A stretch of DNA of 64,000 bases from an uncultured bacterium (GCA_965541585.1 CBEUCH010000003.1:32001-96000); one strand, 5' to 3'. Counted from the first letter of the stretch, positions 35,249 through 45,522 are shown. Translations and numbers: made by a program. The notes: generated from the letters alone by a model not told the origin.

Positions 35249-38053
35249 ATGTCAAGAAGCAAAAAGATAGATAGCGAAAATTCATTCTCCGTCAAGTTCG
35301 ACGATCTTTCCAGGTTGGCGGAAAGAACGGGAACCGAAGTTCAAGAATCTGCTGAGTATTTTGAAAAGGTGCTTCAGGAGGCGAAATCCAAAAATGATAA
35401 CGAGAGCATGGCGCTGGCCTATTTTGGCGCGATTATGAGTCACATGAATCAGGCTGAATATGAAAGGGCCATCGAGCTTATCCAGGAAGCTCGCAGCGCA
35501 TCCGGTGACTATCTCGATCTGCATTTTCTGGCACTGGCAATCTATAACCGCTGTTCGGAGTTTAAAAAAGCTCTCGATGCCGGACGTATGTATCTGAAGT
35601 TACGTGAGAATACCGATCCAGACCAGCAGTCTCACCTTTCGCAATCGTATAATCTCTTAAGCGATGCACTCTGGTTGGCCTCGGAGGCGGCTCGTCGAAC
35701 AGCGAACTTCAAAGAATCGATTGATTACCAGAAACAATCAATCGATATAAATCCTCAAAATCACTTTCGGCGAATTGTCTACGCCTCAAATCTCGGTAAA
35801 GAGGGTGACGTCGATGAGGCCATGGCCGTTCTCGATGACGGTTTGAGACTCTTTCCCGGCGAGATGGCTTTTGAAAATGCCAAGGCGCTGGTATTCGGAG
35901 ATGCTGACAAATTCGATAGAGCCTCGGAGATTCTCGATAATATCCTGAAAAACAATCCTCGGGATGTCGATGCCGTCATAAACTATGGCGTCATCTCTGA
36001 GAAGAAAGGCGATTATTCCACCGCTGAAGATTATTTCAGAAAAGCTCTTTCTATAGATCCCGCCCACGATGTTGCTGCATCGAACCTCAAGCGTCTAAAA
36101 GAAACCATCGAGGATAAACGCCAGACGATCTCTCTCTGCATGATTTTGAAAAACGAAGAGCACTTTCTTCCCGGCTGCCTCAGGACCGTTCAGGGCCTGG
36201 TGGACGAAATCATAGTGGTCGATACCGGCTCCACCGACAGAACCATGGAGATCGCCCGGGAATACGGAGCCAGAATATATGAACATCCATGGCAGAACGA
36301 TTTCTCGTTCCATCGCAACCAGTCAATTGAGTATGCCGGCGGCGACTGGATTCTAATTCTGGACGCTGACGAGGAACTCGATCCCTCCGAACACAATATG
36401 ATTAAAAGCGTCATCAGGCGAAAAGATATCGATGCCGTTACATTCGTCGTATACAATAAAATTCAGGCCGGGAGAACCGGTTTTCTCAACTCTCACAGGC
36501 TCTTTAGGAATAAAAAGGAATACCGCTATTCAGGCATCGTGCACAATCAGCTCCTGATGGACGGTATCACGCTGACCAGCCAGCTCAAAGTGATTCATCA
36601 CGGTTACGGGCTTTCAGAAGACGAAATGCAAGCGAAGGGGAGAAGGACCGAAGCCCTGATAAAAAAGCAACTGGAGGAGAATCCGGACAACGCCTTTGCT
36701 CATTTCAACCTGGCTCAGATATATCGAGGTCTGGCCGAACCTGAATTGAGTTTGAAACACGCTACAAGGGTAATTGAGATTCTAAGCCCTGAAAATGTCG
36801 ATCGCCGACACGTTTATGTGATGGCCCTCGATCAAATTGGCTGTGCTTATGTTGGACTAAAGGACAATGCAAAGGCCAGGGAACACTTCTACAAAGCCCT
36901 GGAGATCAAAGAAGACTATCTGGATCCGCTGTTCAATCTCGGCTACGTTTACTCGAAGGAGAACGATTACGACAAGGCCGATGAGCTATTTCATCGATTC
37001 CTGGAGGTTCGTGCTAATTTCTCAGAACATCGGGAATGGATAGGTCTGATCCTCAACAACCTAAATAGCCAGTTCGCCGTTTATTACGGACTGGGTCTCT
37101 CTCAATATTTCCGCAACAATATCGATGGGGCGTTGGAATATTTTCATAAAGTGATCGATGAGGTCGGCGATTTCGAATACACCCATCATCTGCTGGCCCG
37201 TTGTTATCGTCACAAAAAGGAATTCGAAAAGATCGTATATCATTGCGAGAAAGCTATAGGATATGATCATAAGGATGCAGAGATATATATTCTCCTCGGT
37301 GAAGCCCACCTCAATCTCAGGGATTCCGGGAAAGCGTCCGAATGCTTCGAGAAATCTCTCGTCTTCGAGGATGCCCGGGACGCCTCGCTCCTTGGCGCGG
37401 CGGGCGCTGCTTCCCTGGAGGGAAATTATGAAAAAGCCATGGAGTTGATCAATAAGGCCCTGGAAACCGCCCCCCATTCTCCTCAGGTATTGGCGGCCAG
37501 GGGTGATCTGCTATACTCCTCCAGAAGCTTTTCATCCGCCGCCCAAACATATAGAGATCAATCCCAATCCAATCCGGACGATCCGGCCCCCTGGAACAAT
37601 CTGGGCAATTGCTTTTTCAAACAGCACAATTACGCCTCCGCCGAGGAGTACTATCGCCGTTCCCTGGCTGTCTCGCCGGGATTCGCCATGGGATATCGAA
37701 ATCTGGCCGTATGTCTGCTGAAACTGAATAAGCCTGAAGAATCAACCGCATATTTGGAGAAATATCTTGAGGCTATCCCGAATGATGCTGATGCGCATGC
37801 CACGCTGGGGGATATATATTACAGCGCCAGAGACTACTGGAAAGCAATCTCACAGTATGAGTTGTTCATCTGCAAAAGGCCCGATCAATATAACGCTATT
37901 CTCAGGCTTGCCGACTGCTATTTCAACTTGGGTAAGCTCGATGCAGCGGAAGCGGGCTATAGAGTCGTTCTTCGGAAAGACCCTGAGAATCCAGTTGCAA
38001 GCAGGCGCCTTAACGAAATCGAGAGATTTACGGATTCCGTTGTGATTCAATAA
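35249..38053 (+). CDS. TPR-GT2-TPR glycosyltransferase (putative flagellin glycosyltransferase)
   Basis: ISLCMI.KNEE..L..CL, VDTGSTD.T, W..DFS..RN, LDADE, HHGY, flanked by many TPRs; directly upstream of flagellin; ATG at 35249. Confidence 0.9.
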   Translation: MSRSKKIDSENSFSVKFDDLSRLAERTGTEVQESAEYFEKVLQEAKSKNDNESMALAYFGAIMSHMNQAEYERAIELIQEARSASGDYLDLHFLALAIYNRCSEFKKALDAGRMYLKLRENTDPDQQSHLSQSYNLLSDALWLASEAARRTANFKESIDYQKQSIDINPQNHFRRIVYASNLGKEGDVDEAMAVLDDGLRLFPGEMAFENAKALVFGDADKFDRASEILDNILKNNPRDVDAVINYGVISEKKGDYSTAEDYFRKALSIDPAHDVAASNLKRLKETIEDKRQTISLCMILKNEEHFLPGCLRTVQGLVDEIIVVDTGSTDRTMEIAREYGARIYEHPWQNDFSFHRNQSIEYAGGDWILILDADEELDPSEHNMIKSVIRRKDIDAVTFVVYNKIQAGRTGFLNSHRLFRNKKEYRYSGIVHNQLLMDGITLTSQLKVIHHGYGLSEDEMQAKGRRTEALIKKQLEENPDNAFAHFNLAQIYRGLAEPELSLKHATRVIEILSPENVDRRHVYVMALDQIGCAYVGLKDNAKAREHFYKALEIKEDYLDPLFNLGYVYSKENDYDKADELFHRFLEVRANFSEHREWIGLILNNLNSQFAVYYGLGLSQYFRNNIDGALEYFHKVIDEVGDFEYTHHLLARCYRHKKEFEKIVYHCEKAIGYDHKDAEIYILLGEAHLNLRDSGKASECFEKSLVFEDARDASLLGAAGAASLEGNYEKAMELINKALETAPHSPQVLAARGDLLYSSRSFSSAAQTYRDQSQSNPDDPAPWNNLGNCFFKQHNYASAEEYYRRSLAVSPGFAMGYRNLAVCLLKLNKPEESTAYLEKYLEAIPNDADAHATLGDIYYSARDYWKAISQYELFICKRPDQYNAILRLADCYFNLGKLDAAEAGYRVVLRKDPENPVASRRLNEIERFTDSVVIQ

Positions 38054-38086
38054 GTTAGGCGTCCCCCAAAAAAATAACCCATAGAC

Positions 38087-38114
38087 TAAAGCCACCCCGA
38101 ATTGGTGTCGAATA
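38087..38114 (+). promoter_or_regulatory. Candidate sigma28 promoter of flagellin
   Basis: (C)TAAA-N16-GTCGAATA. Confidence 0.68.
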
Positions 38115-38189
38115 TATAGCAGAGAAAATAAATACTGTGGTCTCTAATCTATAAATCTAACAGCAAGGAGGAGGAAAACCAAAAACTAA

Positions 38190-38249
38190 TTAATTCAGGA
38201 AGAATTAAAAGCTAACAAGGGAAAGTTAGCGAGCATTCCAAGGAGGAAT
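38190..38249 (+). promoter_or_regulatory. Three GGA-loop hairpins (CsrA sites) in the flagellin leader; the third contains the SD
   Basis: TTAATTC-AGGAA-GAATTAA; GCTAAC-AAGGGAAA-GTTAGC; ATTCC-AAGGA-GGAAT. Confidence 0.8.
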
Positions 38250-38252
38250 TAA

Positions 38253-40508
38253 ATGGCTTTAAGAATTAACCACAACATCACAGCATTGGACGCCTGGCGG
38301 AACCTGACGGTTACCAGCCGGAGGATGGCCTCGTCAATGGAGAAGCTGTCCTCAGGTTTCCGTATCAACAAGGCTGCCGATGATCCAGCCGGATTGGTGA
38401 TTTCCGAACAGTTCCGCGCCCAGATCGCCGGGTTGAACCGAGCGGTACAGAACTCAGAGGCATCGATCAACATGATCCAGACTGCTGAGGGCGCACTCAA
38501 CGAGATCAACAACCTGCTGATCGGCATGAGAGAGCTGGCGATCCACGCCGCTAACGAAGGTGTCAACGATGAGAACCAGTTGGCTGCCGACCAGGCAGAA
38601 ATCACTAACGCGATCCGCACCATCGACAGGATCGCCGCCAACACCCAGTTCGGAACCAAGAAGCTGCTCGATGGCTCGGCTGCAAACATAGCCGCCATCA
38701 CCACCGCCAACGTCTCCGGAGTGTTTATCTCTGAGTCGGGTCTTTCCGACGGCACGCACAGTATTTCATCGGTGATGCTGACCGATTCCTCGGCAACACT
38801 TGACATCGAAAGCCTGGGTCTCAGCAATCCGACAGGTCCTTACAACCTGGCCGATGGCGTCCATAACCTCGACGTCATCCAGGCCTCGTCCGGCGCCGTC
38901 AAGGTCGGCAACGGAATCAGCGCCCTGGATGCCTGGGGCAACGCTATATCCGTCACCGGTACTGCCGCTGAGATTCGCGAGGCCTATGTCAGGTCAACTA
39001 CCAACTTCACTACTCTGGCCGATAATAATCAGTACACTATCACCTTCCAGCTCAACTTCCAGGAAGCCGGCGTCAACGCTGTTGGTATGCAGACGCTTTC
39101 CATCAGAACCGACGCTGTCGCCTCCGGTGATCTGGCCACAAACGTTGTAACCAAGCTGAACGACGCCATCAACTCCAACACCTATCTGGCCGGTAAATTG
39201 CAAGCCACGGTTACCGCCGGCGCTCCCGATGCAATCCGGCTCAGAACGACCGGTACGGGCACGAATTACTCTCTGGCAGTTGGTACCATTACGTCCACCA
39301 ATGCTACGGTTACGTCCGGTCTATCAAGCCTGGAAAACAATAACGACCGCGGACGTTCCAACAACCAGTTATCGATTACGGCGCAGTTCGCTTCCAGCTC
39401 CACTTTAGTCGCCGCCTACGCTAAGACCGCGACATTCAACATCGGAAGCGGCTCGTTCTCCACGCTTTCAGCATTGGCCGCCACCATATCGGCCAAAATG
39501 GCCCTGGCAGCCAACTTTGGTACCTTCAACGATGTAGCCGTGGGTTCTACGAATAAAGTCTATGCCACGGTGATGACTCAGGGTGGCCAGAGCAAGCTGA
39601 AATTCGTCACCATGGATGAGGGCTCGAAATTCTCGTTGAAGCTCAACATAACCGGCACCGGCACCTCAACCGCCCTTTACAACGCGTTGGGTGTGACTGT
39701 TGACCAGGTTGCCAATACAGGCCTGGATGCCATTGTCCGGTTCGATGGTTACAACAACAGTATAAACGACGTCCGCTACTTCTACACCGCCGCCTCCTAT
39801 ACCAACGAGAACCAGACGCTCTACACCAGCGCCAGTGTCGATACGCGCGGCTCCGTAACGATGACCGTAGCTCCTGCCCAGACTAACGGCGGGGTTAATA
39901 TCGGGAACATGCTCCTTTCGGTGAAAGCCCGCACTTATTCTGTCAGGCTGGATGGCGGTTCGGCAGAAATCGTCACCGGAGGTAAAGATGCAACCGTCTT
40001 TAACGCCCAGAGAGATGAGTGGTTGAAGCTCCGCTACTCTCTGAAATCCGACGGCGGAACCGAGCAATTGTTCGTCACCGATAGAAGCCTGGTCTTCCAG
40101 ATCGGCGCCAACGTCGGCCAGACTGCGAAGATAGCCATCGATAACCTGTCGGCTACCTACATCAGCCGCGATCTCCCTGGCAACATGTTCGGCAACCTCT
40201 CGGAGATCGATGTCACCACTTCTGATGGAGCTCAGCATTCCCAGTCGGTTATCGATGCGGCCATCGATCAGGTCACTAATATCCGGGGTAACCTGGGATC
40301 GTTCCAGAAGAACACTCTGGAGTCGAACCTGACCAACCTCCGGATCGCGGCACAGAACCTGACCGCCGCCGAATCTTCAATCCGCGACACCGATATGGCC
40401 AAAGAGATGTCCGAATTCGTCAAGCAGCAGATACTGATGCAGGCCGGCATTGCCATGCTGGCTCAGGGCAACCAACTTCCGCAGGTAGTTCTCTCGCTAT
40501 TCGGTTAA
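38253..40508 (+). CDS. fliC: Flagellin (751 aa)
   Basis: RINHN..AL, EKLSSG.RINKAADDPAGL; FQIGAN; NLTAAES.IRDTDMAKEM. Confidence 0.97.
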   Translation: MALRINHNITALDAWRNLTVTSRRMASSMEKLSSGFRINKAADDPAGLVISEQFRAQIAGLNRAVQNSEASINMIQTAEGALNEINNLLIGMRELAIHAANEGVNDENQLAADQAEITNAIRTIDRIAANTQFGTKKLLDGSAANIAAITTANVSGVFISESGLSDGTHSISSVMLTDSSATLDIESLGLSNPTGPYNLADGVHNLDVIQASSGAVKVGNGISALDAWGNAISVTGTAAEIREAYVRSTTNFTTLADNNQYTITFQLNFQEAGVNAVGMQTLSIRTDAVASGDLATNVVTKLNDAINSNTYLAGKLQATVTAGAPDAIRLRTTGTGTNYSLAVGTITSTNATVTSGLSSLENNNDRGRSNNQLSITAQFASSSTLVAAYAKTATFNIGSGSFSTLSALAATISAKMALAANFGTFNDVAVGSTNKVYATVMTQGGQSKLKFVTMDEGSKFSLKLNITGTGTSTALYNALGVTVDQVANTGLDAIVRFDGYNNSINDVRYFYTAASYTNENQTLYTSASVDTRGSVTMTVAPAQTNGGVNIGNMLLSVKARTYSVRLDGGSAEIVTGGKDATVFNAQRDEWLKLRYSLKSDGGTEQLFVTDRSLVFQIGANVGQTAKIAIDNLSATYISRDLPGNMFGNLSEIDVTTSDGAQHSQSVIDAAIDQVTNIRGNLGSFQKNTLESNLTNLRIAAQNLTAAESSIRDTDMAKEMSEFVKQQILMQAGIAMLAQGNQLPQVVLSLFG

Positions 40509-40527
40509 TGGACAAATTCCGTATTCT

Positions 40528-40562
40528 AAGGGGGGTGGGGCTTTCCATCCCCCTTTTCATTT
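40528..40562 (+). terminator. Rho-independent terminator after flagellin
   Basis: AAGGGGGGTGG-GGCTTT-CCATCCCCCTT followed by TTCATTT. Confidence 0.82.
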
Positions 40563-40645
40563 ATCAGAAACCTCTGCCAGCCCATTAAATGCATTGCCCT
40601 GGGGCTAATAGAATCGAAAAGGCCGATTTCGGGCATTTTATATCC

Positions 40646-40672
40646 TAATTAGATTTGCATTCAATCCGATAA
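40646..40672 (+). promoter_or_regulatory. Candidate sigma28 promoter of the fliD operon
   Basis: (C)TAAT-N15-TCCGATAA. Confidence 0.65.
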
Positions 40673-40770
40673 TATTAGTGAGGTAAGGTGTGGCTTAATC
40701 GCCGCATTGGAACCGTTAGGTTTACCCTCGACGATGGCAGGATTTCCGTATACATTAGGAGGCTATTGAA

Positions 40771-43119
40771 ATGGCCGGTTTCGGATCCATAGATGGACTT
40801 ATCTCAGGCTTAGATACGACCAGCATCATAGACAATATTATCAAATTCGAGCACAGGCAGGTCGACATTTATCTGGCTCGCCAGGCCGGATACGCTCAAA
40901 AGCTGACCACCTGGCAAACGATCAATAGTTTCCTTCTGGCCTTTAAGACGCAGGCCGATGTCCTCTCGAAACCCACGCTCTGGGGTTCCAAGACCGTCAC
41001 CTCCTCCGATGAAAATATGATAGTTGCCACGGCGAGCAATAGCTCGGCCATCGGAACCTATTTCATCTCGGTCGATCAACTGGCCCAGAATCAACAGATC
41101 GCCAGCCAGGGATATTCATCAGGTTCGGCTATACTCGGTATAGGCACGGTAGATGTATCCGTTGCCGGTGGAACTCCCACGACTATCACACTTGAGGCAG
41201 GTCAGAATTCTCTTGAGTCGTTAAAGAATGCGATAAACGACGCAGGCGCCGGAATTACCGCGGCCATCGTAAACGATGGTTCCTCCAGCACGCCGTATCG
41301 GCTGATTCTAACATCGAACCAGACCGGTGCTGATAACGTCATATCAGTCAGCTCCAGCCTTACCGGCGGCCAGGCTCCTGATTTTACAACCAGCTATTTC
41401 GACGCTGCTGAAAAAATAGATTGGTCGTCGGAAGCGACATCAAATCCCTCTCTGGGATCCACGGCAAGCTATACGGGAAGCAATAATAAGACATATACAT
41501 TCACGGTGCAGGGGACAGGTGCGCAAACCATCGGCGGCGGTCCGATAACAATCGACTGGACCGATGGAACCAACTCCGGTACCGTTACGGTAAACAACGC
41601 CGACGAGGAGATAGCGCTCACCGGCGACGGTGCCGACGGTCTCACGGTATCATTCTCAGCAGGCGATCTTGTCGCCGACGATACCTTCCAGGTTCAAGCC
41701 TTAGCCCCGGTTATTCAGGCTGGCCAGGATGCCATCCTGAGGCTCGGTGGCGGCGGATCGGGCGGCTCTCCCATCATCGTAACATCTCCCGGTAATACGA
41801 TAACCAGTCTCATCGATGGCATAACGCTGAATATTAAGGGTATCACATCCGAGCCGGTTCAGATCACCGTTGAGCAAAATAATTCGAGCATCGTCTCGAC
41901 AGTTCAGGAATTTATCAACAAGTATAACGGATTTGCAGATTTTGTCGATCAACAGCTCGATTACAATGCGGATACGGGAACTGCGGGAGTTCTTCTCGGT
42001 GAGTCATCTCTGATAAACCTGCTGACCGATGTGAGATCGAGTATCATGGGAAGAGTTTCCGGTCTGATGGGAGATCTAACGAAGTTATCTGATATCGGAA
42101 TAAAGTTCAACTTCCAGGGCGAGCTTCAACTCGACTCCTCGATTTTTAACGCTAAGCTCGAAGAAGATCCCGATGAGGTCAGAAGATTATTACAGGCATC
42201 CGGATCAACGGATAACGGGTATATTAAGTTTCTATCATCGGGTTTCAAGGCAGTTCCGACTTCGAGCGGTTACGATATCGATATCACGCAGGCTGCGCTC
42301 CAGGGTATGTTTGAGGCGGGTATCATCGCCGATCCCGAGGATACCAACCTCGTTTTGACCTCCGGCAACAACAACATCCAGATCAAAGTAAACGGCTTGC
42401 TGTCGTCGGTTATCAGTCTCGAGGCAAAGACTTATACAAGCGGCGATGAACTTGCGCAGGAGATCGAGAGTAAAATCAACGCTGACGAAACGCTGGGATC
42501 GAATGATATCGAGGTCACTTGGGTCGATCAGGGAACCAGCGGCTATCTGCAGATAACATCCACTATCTGGGGGGGCAATTCAAAAGTCGAAATAGAAACA
42601 ACTCCATCGGCCAGCGCTCACAGCATTCTGGGTTTTTCCAATGGCGTCTCCACGGACGGTCAGGATGTTGAGGGGACTATCAACGGAGAACCTGCTACCG
42701 GTGTCGGCCAGATTCTGACCGGCGACGACGATAACGACAATACTGCCGGACTCAAGCTAAGAATCAACCTTGCTTCGGATCAGGTGATCGACGGCGCCGA
42801 GGGGAAGGTTTTCTTAACCAAAGGGATTGCTGCCATATTATCCGAAAAGATAGATAATTATACGGATGCCAGCGTCGGTATCCTGAGTTCCAGAACGAAA
42901 TCAATCACCAGGCAAATAGACAATCTAAAGGAGCAGATAGACAGGATGGAAGAACAACTCGAAAGAAAGAGGGCCAGTCTTTACAGGGAGTTTATGGCCA
43001 TGGAGGAAGCCTTGGGCAAGTTGCAGAGCCAGCAAATGTATCTGTCCGCTGCGATTGCCAGCATGGACCGGCTTTCTGCAGCTTCCTCGGGCAGGGGTAG
43101 CTCCTTGTTCGGAGCATAA
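40771..43119 (+). CDS. fliD: Filament cap protein FliD (long)
   Basis: GL.SGLDT..II; V.QLAQ; AAIVNDG...YRL.LTS..TG; F.AME.AL..LQ.Q. Confidence 0.95.
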   Translation: MAGFGSIDGLISGLDTTSIIDNIIKFEHRQVDIYLARQAGYAQKLTTWQTINSFLLAFKTQADVLSKPTLWGSKTVTSSDENMIVATASNSSAIGTYFISVDQLAQNQQIASQGYSSGSAILGIGTVDVSVAGGTPTTITLEAGQNSLESLKNAINDAGAGITAAIVNDGSSSTPYRLILTSNQTGADNVISVSSSLTGGQAPDFTTSYFDAAEKIDWSSEATSNPSLGSTASYTGSNNKTYTFTVQGTGAQTIGGGPITIDWTDGTNSGTVTVNNADEEIALTGDGADGLTVSFSAGDLVADDTFQVQALAPVIQAGQDAILRLGGGGSGGSPIIVTSPGNTITSLIDGITLNIKGITSEPVQITVEQNNSSIVSTVQEFINKYNGFADFVDQQLDYNADTGTAGVLLGESSLINLLTDVRSSIMGRVSGLMGDLTKLSDIGIKFNFQGELQLDSSIFNAKLEEDPDEVRRLLQASGSTDNGYIKFLSSGFKAVPTSSGYDIDITQAALQGMFEAGIIADPEDTNLVLTSGNNNIQIKVNGLLSSVISLEAKTYTSGDELAQEIESKINADETLGSNDIEVTWVDQGTSGYLQITSTIWGGNSKVEIETTPSASAHSILGFSNGVSTDGQDVEGTINGEPATGVGQILTGDDDNDNTAGLKLRINLASDQVIDGAEGKVFLTKGIAAILSEKIDNYTDASVGILSSRTKSITRQIDNLKEQIDRMEEQLERKRASLYREFMAMEEALGKLQSQQMYLSAAIASMDRLSAASSGRGSSLFGA

Positions 43120-43140
43120 GCGAATAAGAAGGGACGGGAT

Positions 43141-43575
43141 GTGACGAAAAAGGACATCAACAAATATCTGGAAATGAAAATCTCCAATATGGGCCAGAAG
43201 GAACTTATCGTATTCCTGTATGAATCGGCGATCAACTTAATGGAGGAAGCTAAGGTTACCATAAACAAAGGCGACGTGCCCGAAACCCACCAGCGTCTTA
43301 ACCGTGCCAGGAATATATTTCTGCATCTTCTATCTACTCTTAATCTGGAAGCCGGGGGAGATTTCGCAAAAAAACTATCCGCGCTTTATTCTTACTTCGT
43401 CGAAAAAATAACCATGGCCAATAGCACCAATGACATCCAGGAACTCGATGATATCATTCCAATTGTTAACGATATCAAAGAGGCCTGGCAGAATTTGGAA
43501 TTGGATGCTGACGATGATAATTCTCCGCAGAATAACAATTCAGGGATTTATAAGTTTATTTCCATGGAGGTATGA
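43141..43575 (+). CDS. fliS: Flagellin chaperone FliS
   Basis: ELI..LYE.AI; RA..I...L..TLN.E.GG..A..L..LY.Y; IKEAW. Confidence 0.92.
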   Translation: MTKKDINKYLEMKISNMGQKELIVFLYESAINLMEEAKVTINKGDVPETHQRLNRARNIFLHLLSTLNLEAGGDFAKKLSALYSYFVEKITMANSTNDIQELDDIIPIVNDIKEAWQNLELDADDDNSPQNNNSGIYKFISMEV

Positions 43576-44018
43576 TGAAGAGTTGTGCCGATAAATTTAT
43601 GAGCCTCCTGGAGTCCAAATGCGATCTTTTCAAGAAAATGCAAACGCTGTTTCTTGAGCAAAAGGAACTTCTCGAAAAAAACGATATTGCCGGTTTTAAC
43701 GATAGATGCGACGATGGCGACAAGATAGTGGCTGCTTTGAAAGATATAGACTACGAAATCGCACGCCTGGAGTCAACCGCCGGACTTACTGAGAAAGCGA
43801 AAGAGAACCATGATGCCGGAAGATTGAAAAACCTGCTTGATAAGGCGACTGGCTATGCCCGGAAAAACGAAACGGTGGCCCGCGAGTTGGCTGCCTGTCT
43901 TACGGGAGCGCATCAGGAGATCAGGGAAAAGCTGGAAGGTACCGTTTCGATGAGCCAGGTCGGCGGATACAGGCCGTTTTCCGCGAATTCCCCCATTTAT
44001 GTTGACAAACGAAACTAA
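43575..44018 (+). CDS. FliT/FlgN-like helical chaperone
   Basis: Follows fliS; helical; ends GGY........YVDKRN. Confidence 0.6.
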   Translation: MKSCADKFMSLLESKCDLFKKMQTLFLEQKELLEKNDIAGFNDRCDDGDKIVAALKDIDYEIARLESTAGLTEKAKENHDAGRLKNLLDKATGYARKNETVARELAACLTGAHQEIREKLEGTVSMSQVGGYRPFSANSPIYVDKRN

Positions 44019-44043
44019 TGTTTTCAGCTCTTTCTACCGATAA
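44016..44043 (+). promoter_or_regulatory. Candidate sigma28 promoter of the flgM-like/HDOD unit
   Basis: (C)TAAT-N16-ACCGATAA. Confidence 0.62.
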
Positions 44044-44064
44044 CAGATATAGGGATGTTATATA

Positions 44065-44571
44065 ATGAAAATTCGATTTGACTCTCCTCTTCCACACCCC
44101 GATAATGGAAAGGGACCAAAAAAAGATTCTCGAGTCGGCAAGCAAGACCAGACCGACCGGATCGAAATATCTTCCGGGAAAAAGCCCGAGGCAACTTATA
44201 CAAACAGGGTCTCCGTCAGCAGGCTATTGAGAAATGATGAATCTCGGATTGAACACCCCACATCCCGGATTTCAAGATTTCGTCTTTATACATATGAAAA
44301 TATAACAGGCAAAAACAAATTCCCTGATCTGGAGTCTGGCCCTCGTATTGTACAACCCGCTCCGGATCGAATCGAATCATCTCCGGGCACGAAACCGATT
44401 GATGTCCCGTCAAATGGCGGTCGCGCTGAAAAGTTGGCAGAAGTGCGATTGAAAATCGCTACCGGATATTATAACAATCCTGAGCACATTGAGCAGCTGG
44501 CCGACAAGCTGATAGACGAGCTTCACATAGGAAACGAGAGGGGATCTGGCGATGCTTCCCATAACCGTTGA
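44065..44571 (+). CDS. flgM: Anti-sigma28 factor FlgM-like protein (long)
   Basis: DRIEISS motif and C-terminal RAEKLAEVRLKIATGYY...LADKLI. Confidence 0.65.
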   Translation: MKIRFDSPLPHPDNGKGPKKDSRVGKQDQTDRIEISSGKKPEATYTNRVSVSRLLRNDESRIEHPTSRISRFRLYTYENITGKNKFPDLESGPRIVQPAPDRIESSPGTKPIDVPSNGGRAEKLAEVRLKIATGYYNNPEHIEQLADKLIDELHIGNERGSGDASHNR

Positions 44572-45448
44572 TAATGAAAAGAAGATAAAACTCGTTGTTG
44601 GAAAGATCCACAATCTGCCGACGCCTCCCATCGTATTCACCCAGATCACCAGAGTTATCAATGATCCCAATACCTCGGCCTACGGAATTGCCTCTATAAT
44701 ATCGGAGGATCCGGCCCTGACCGCCAAGGTCCTGAAGTTAACGAATTCATCGTTCTACGGGATTCCCAGGACCATCACTAACGTCAAGCAGGCGATTGTA
44801 ATCCTCGGCCTGGAAGCCATAAAATCACTGGTGATCTCGGCTTCGGTCTTCGAAATGTTCTCTAAAAACTCAAAACTCGATATCGATTACCTCGAACGCT
44901 TCTGGAGGCATTCTCTTTCGGTAGCCCTGATATCCAGGATTATCTGCCGGACAAGGAAACTGCCGTCGCTTCAGGAAGCAGAACTCAGCTTTTCAGCAGG
45001 GCTTTTGCACGATATCGGCAAGCTGATTATAATCTCGCATCTTCCTAACGAACATGAACAAATAGTTCGGTTGCTCGAGAGTGACCGGGATTGTCCCGAA
45101 TATGGCGCCGAAGATAGAATCCTGGGCTTTACTCATGCGGATATTGGAAGCTATCTCACGGCCAAATGGAATCTGCCCGAAACGATTTGCTTGGCGATAT
45201 TGAATCATCACGATAGCCAGGCCCTGTCAGAGGAAAAAAGCGCTGCTCTGATCCACCTGTCCGATAACCTGTCCTATCAGATGGAAGTTGAAGACGGTCA
45301 TTCTCCAGAAAATATGAGTCCCTTTCATGAGGTCGTCTGGGATACGCTCGAATTGGCCCCGGACTCGGGAGCCAAGCTGATGGATATGCTGAAAGACGAA
45401 TACACGAAAGCCGAGACATTCCTGAAAATGGCCCACGGCGCTTCTTAG
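44552..45448 (+). CDS. HDOD-domain protein
   Basis: [43 protein letters not shown]. Confidence 0.93.
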   Translation: MLPITVDNEKKIKLVVGKIHNLPTPPIVFTQITRVINDPNTSAYGIASIISEDPALTAKVLKLTNSSFYGIPRTITNVKQAIVILGLEAIKSLVISASVFEMFSKNSKLDIDYLERFWRHSLSVALISRIICRTRKLPSLQEAELSFSAGLLHDIGKLIIISHLPNEHEQIVRLLESDRDCPEYGAEDRILGFTHADIGSYLTAKWNLPETICLAILNHHDSQALSEEKSAALIHLSDNLSYQMEVEDGHSPENMSPFHEVVWDTLELAPDSGAKLMDMLKDEYTKAETFLKMAHGAS

Positions 45449-45522
45449 CAGATTTACCACCGTCGAATCCCGCTGAACATTGACTTATTCTGATATCCAT
45501 GGCGATATTCCTCATTTTTTTC

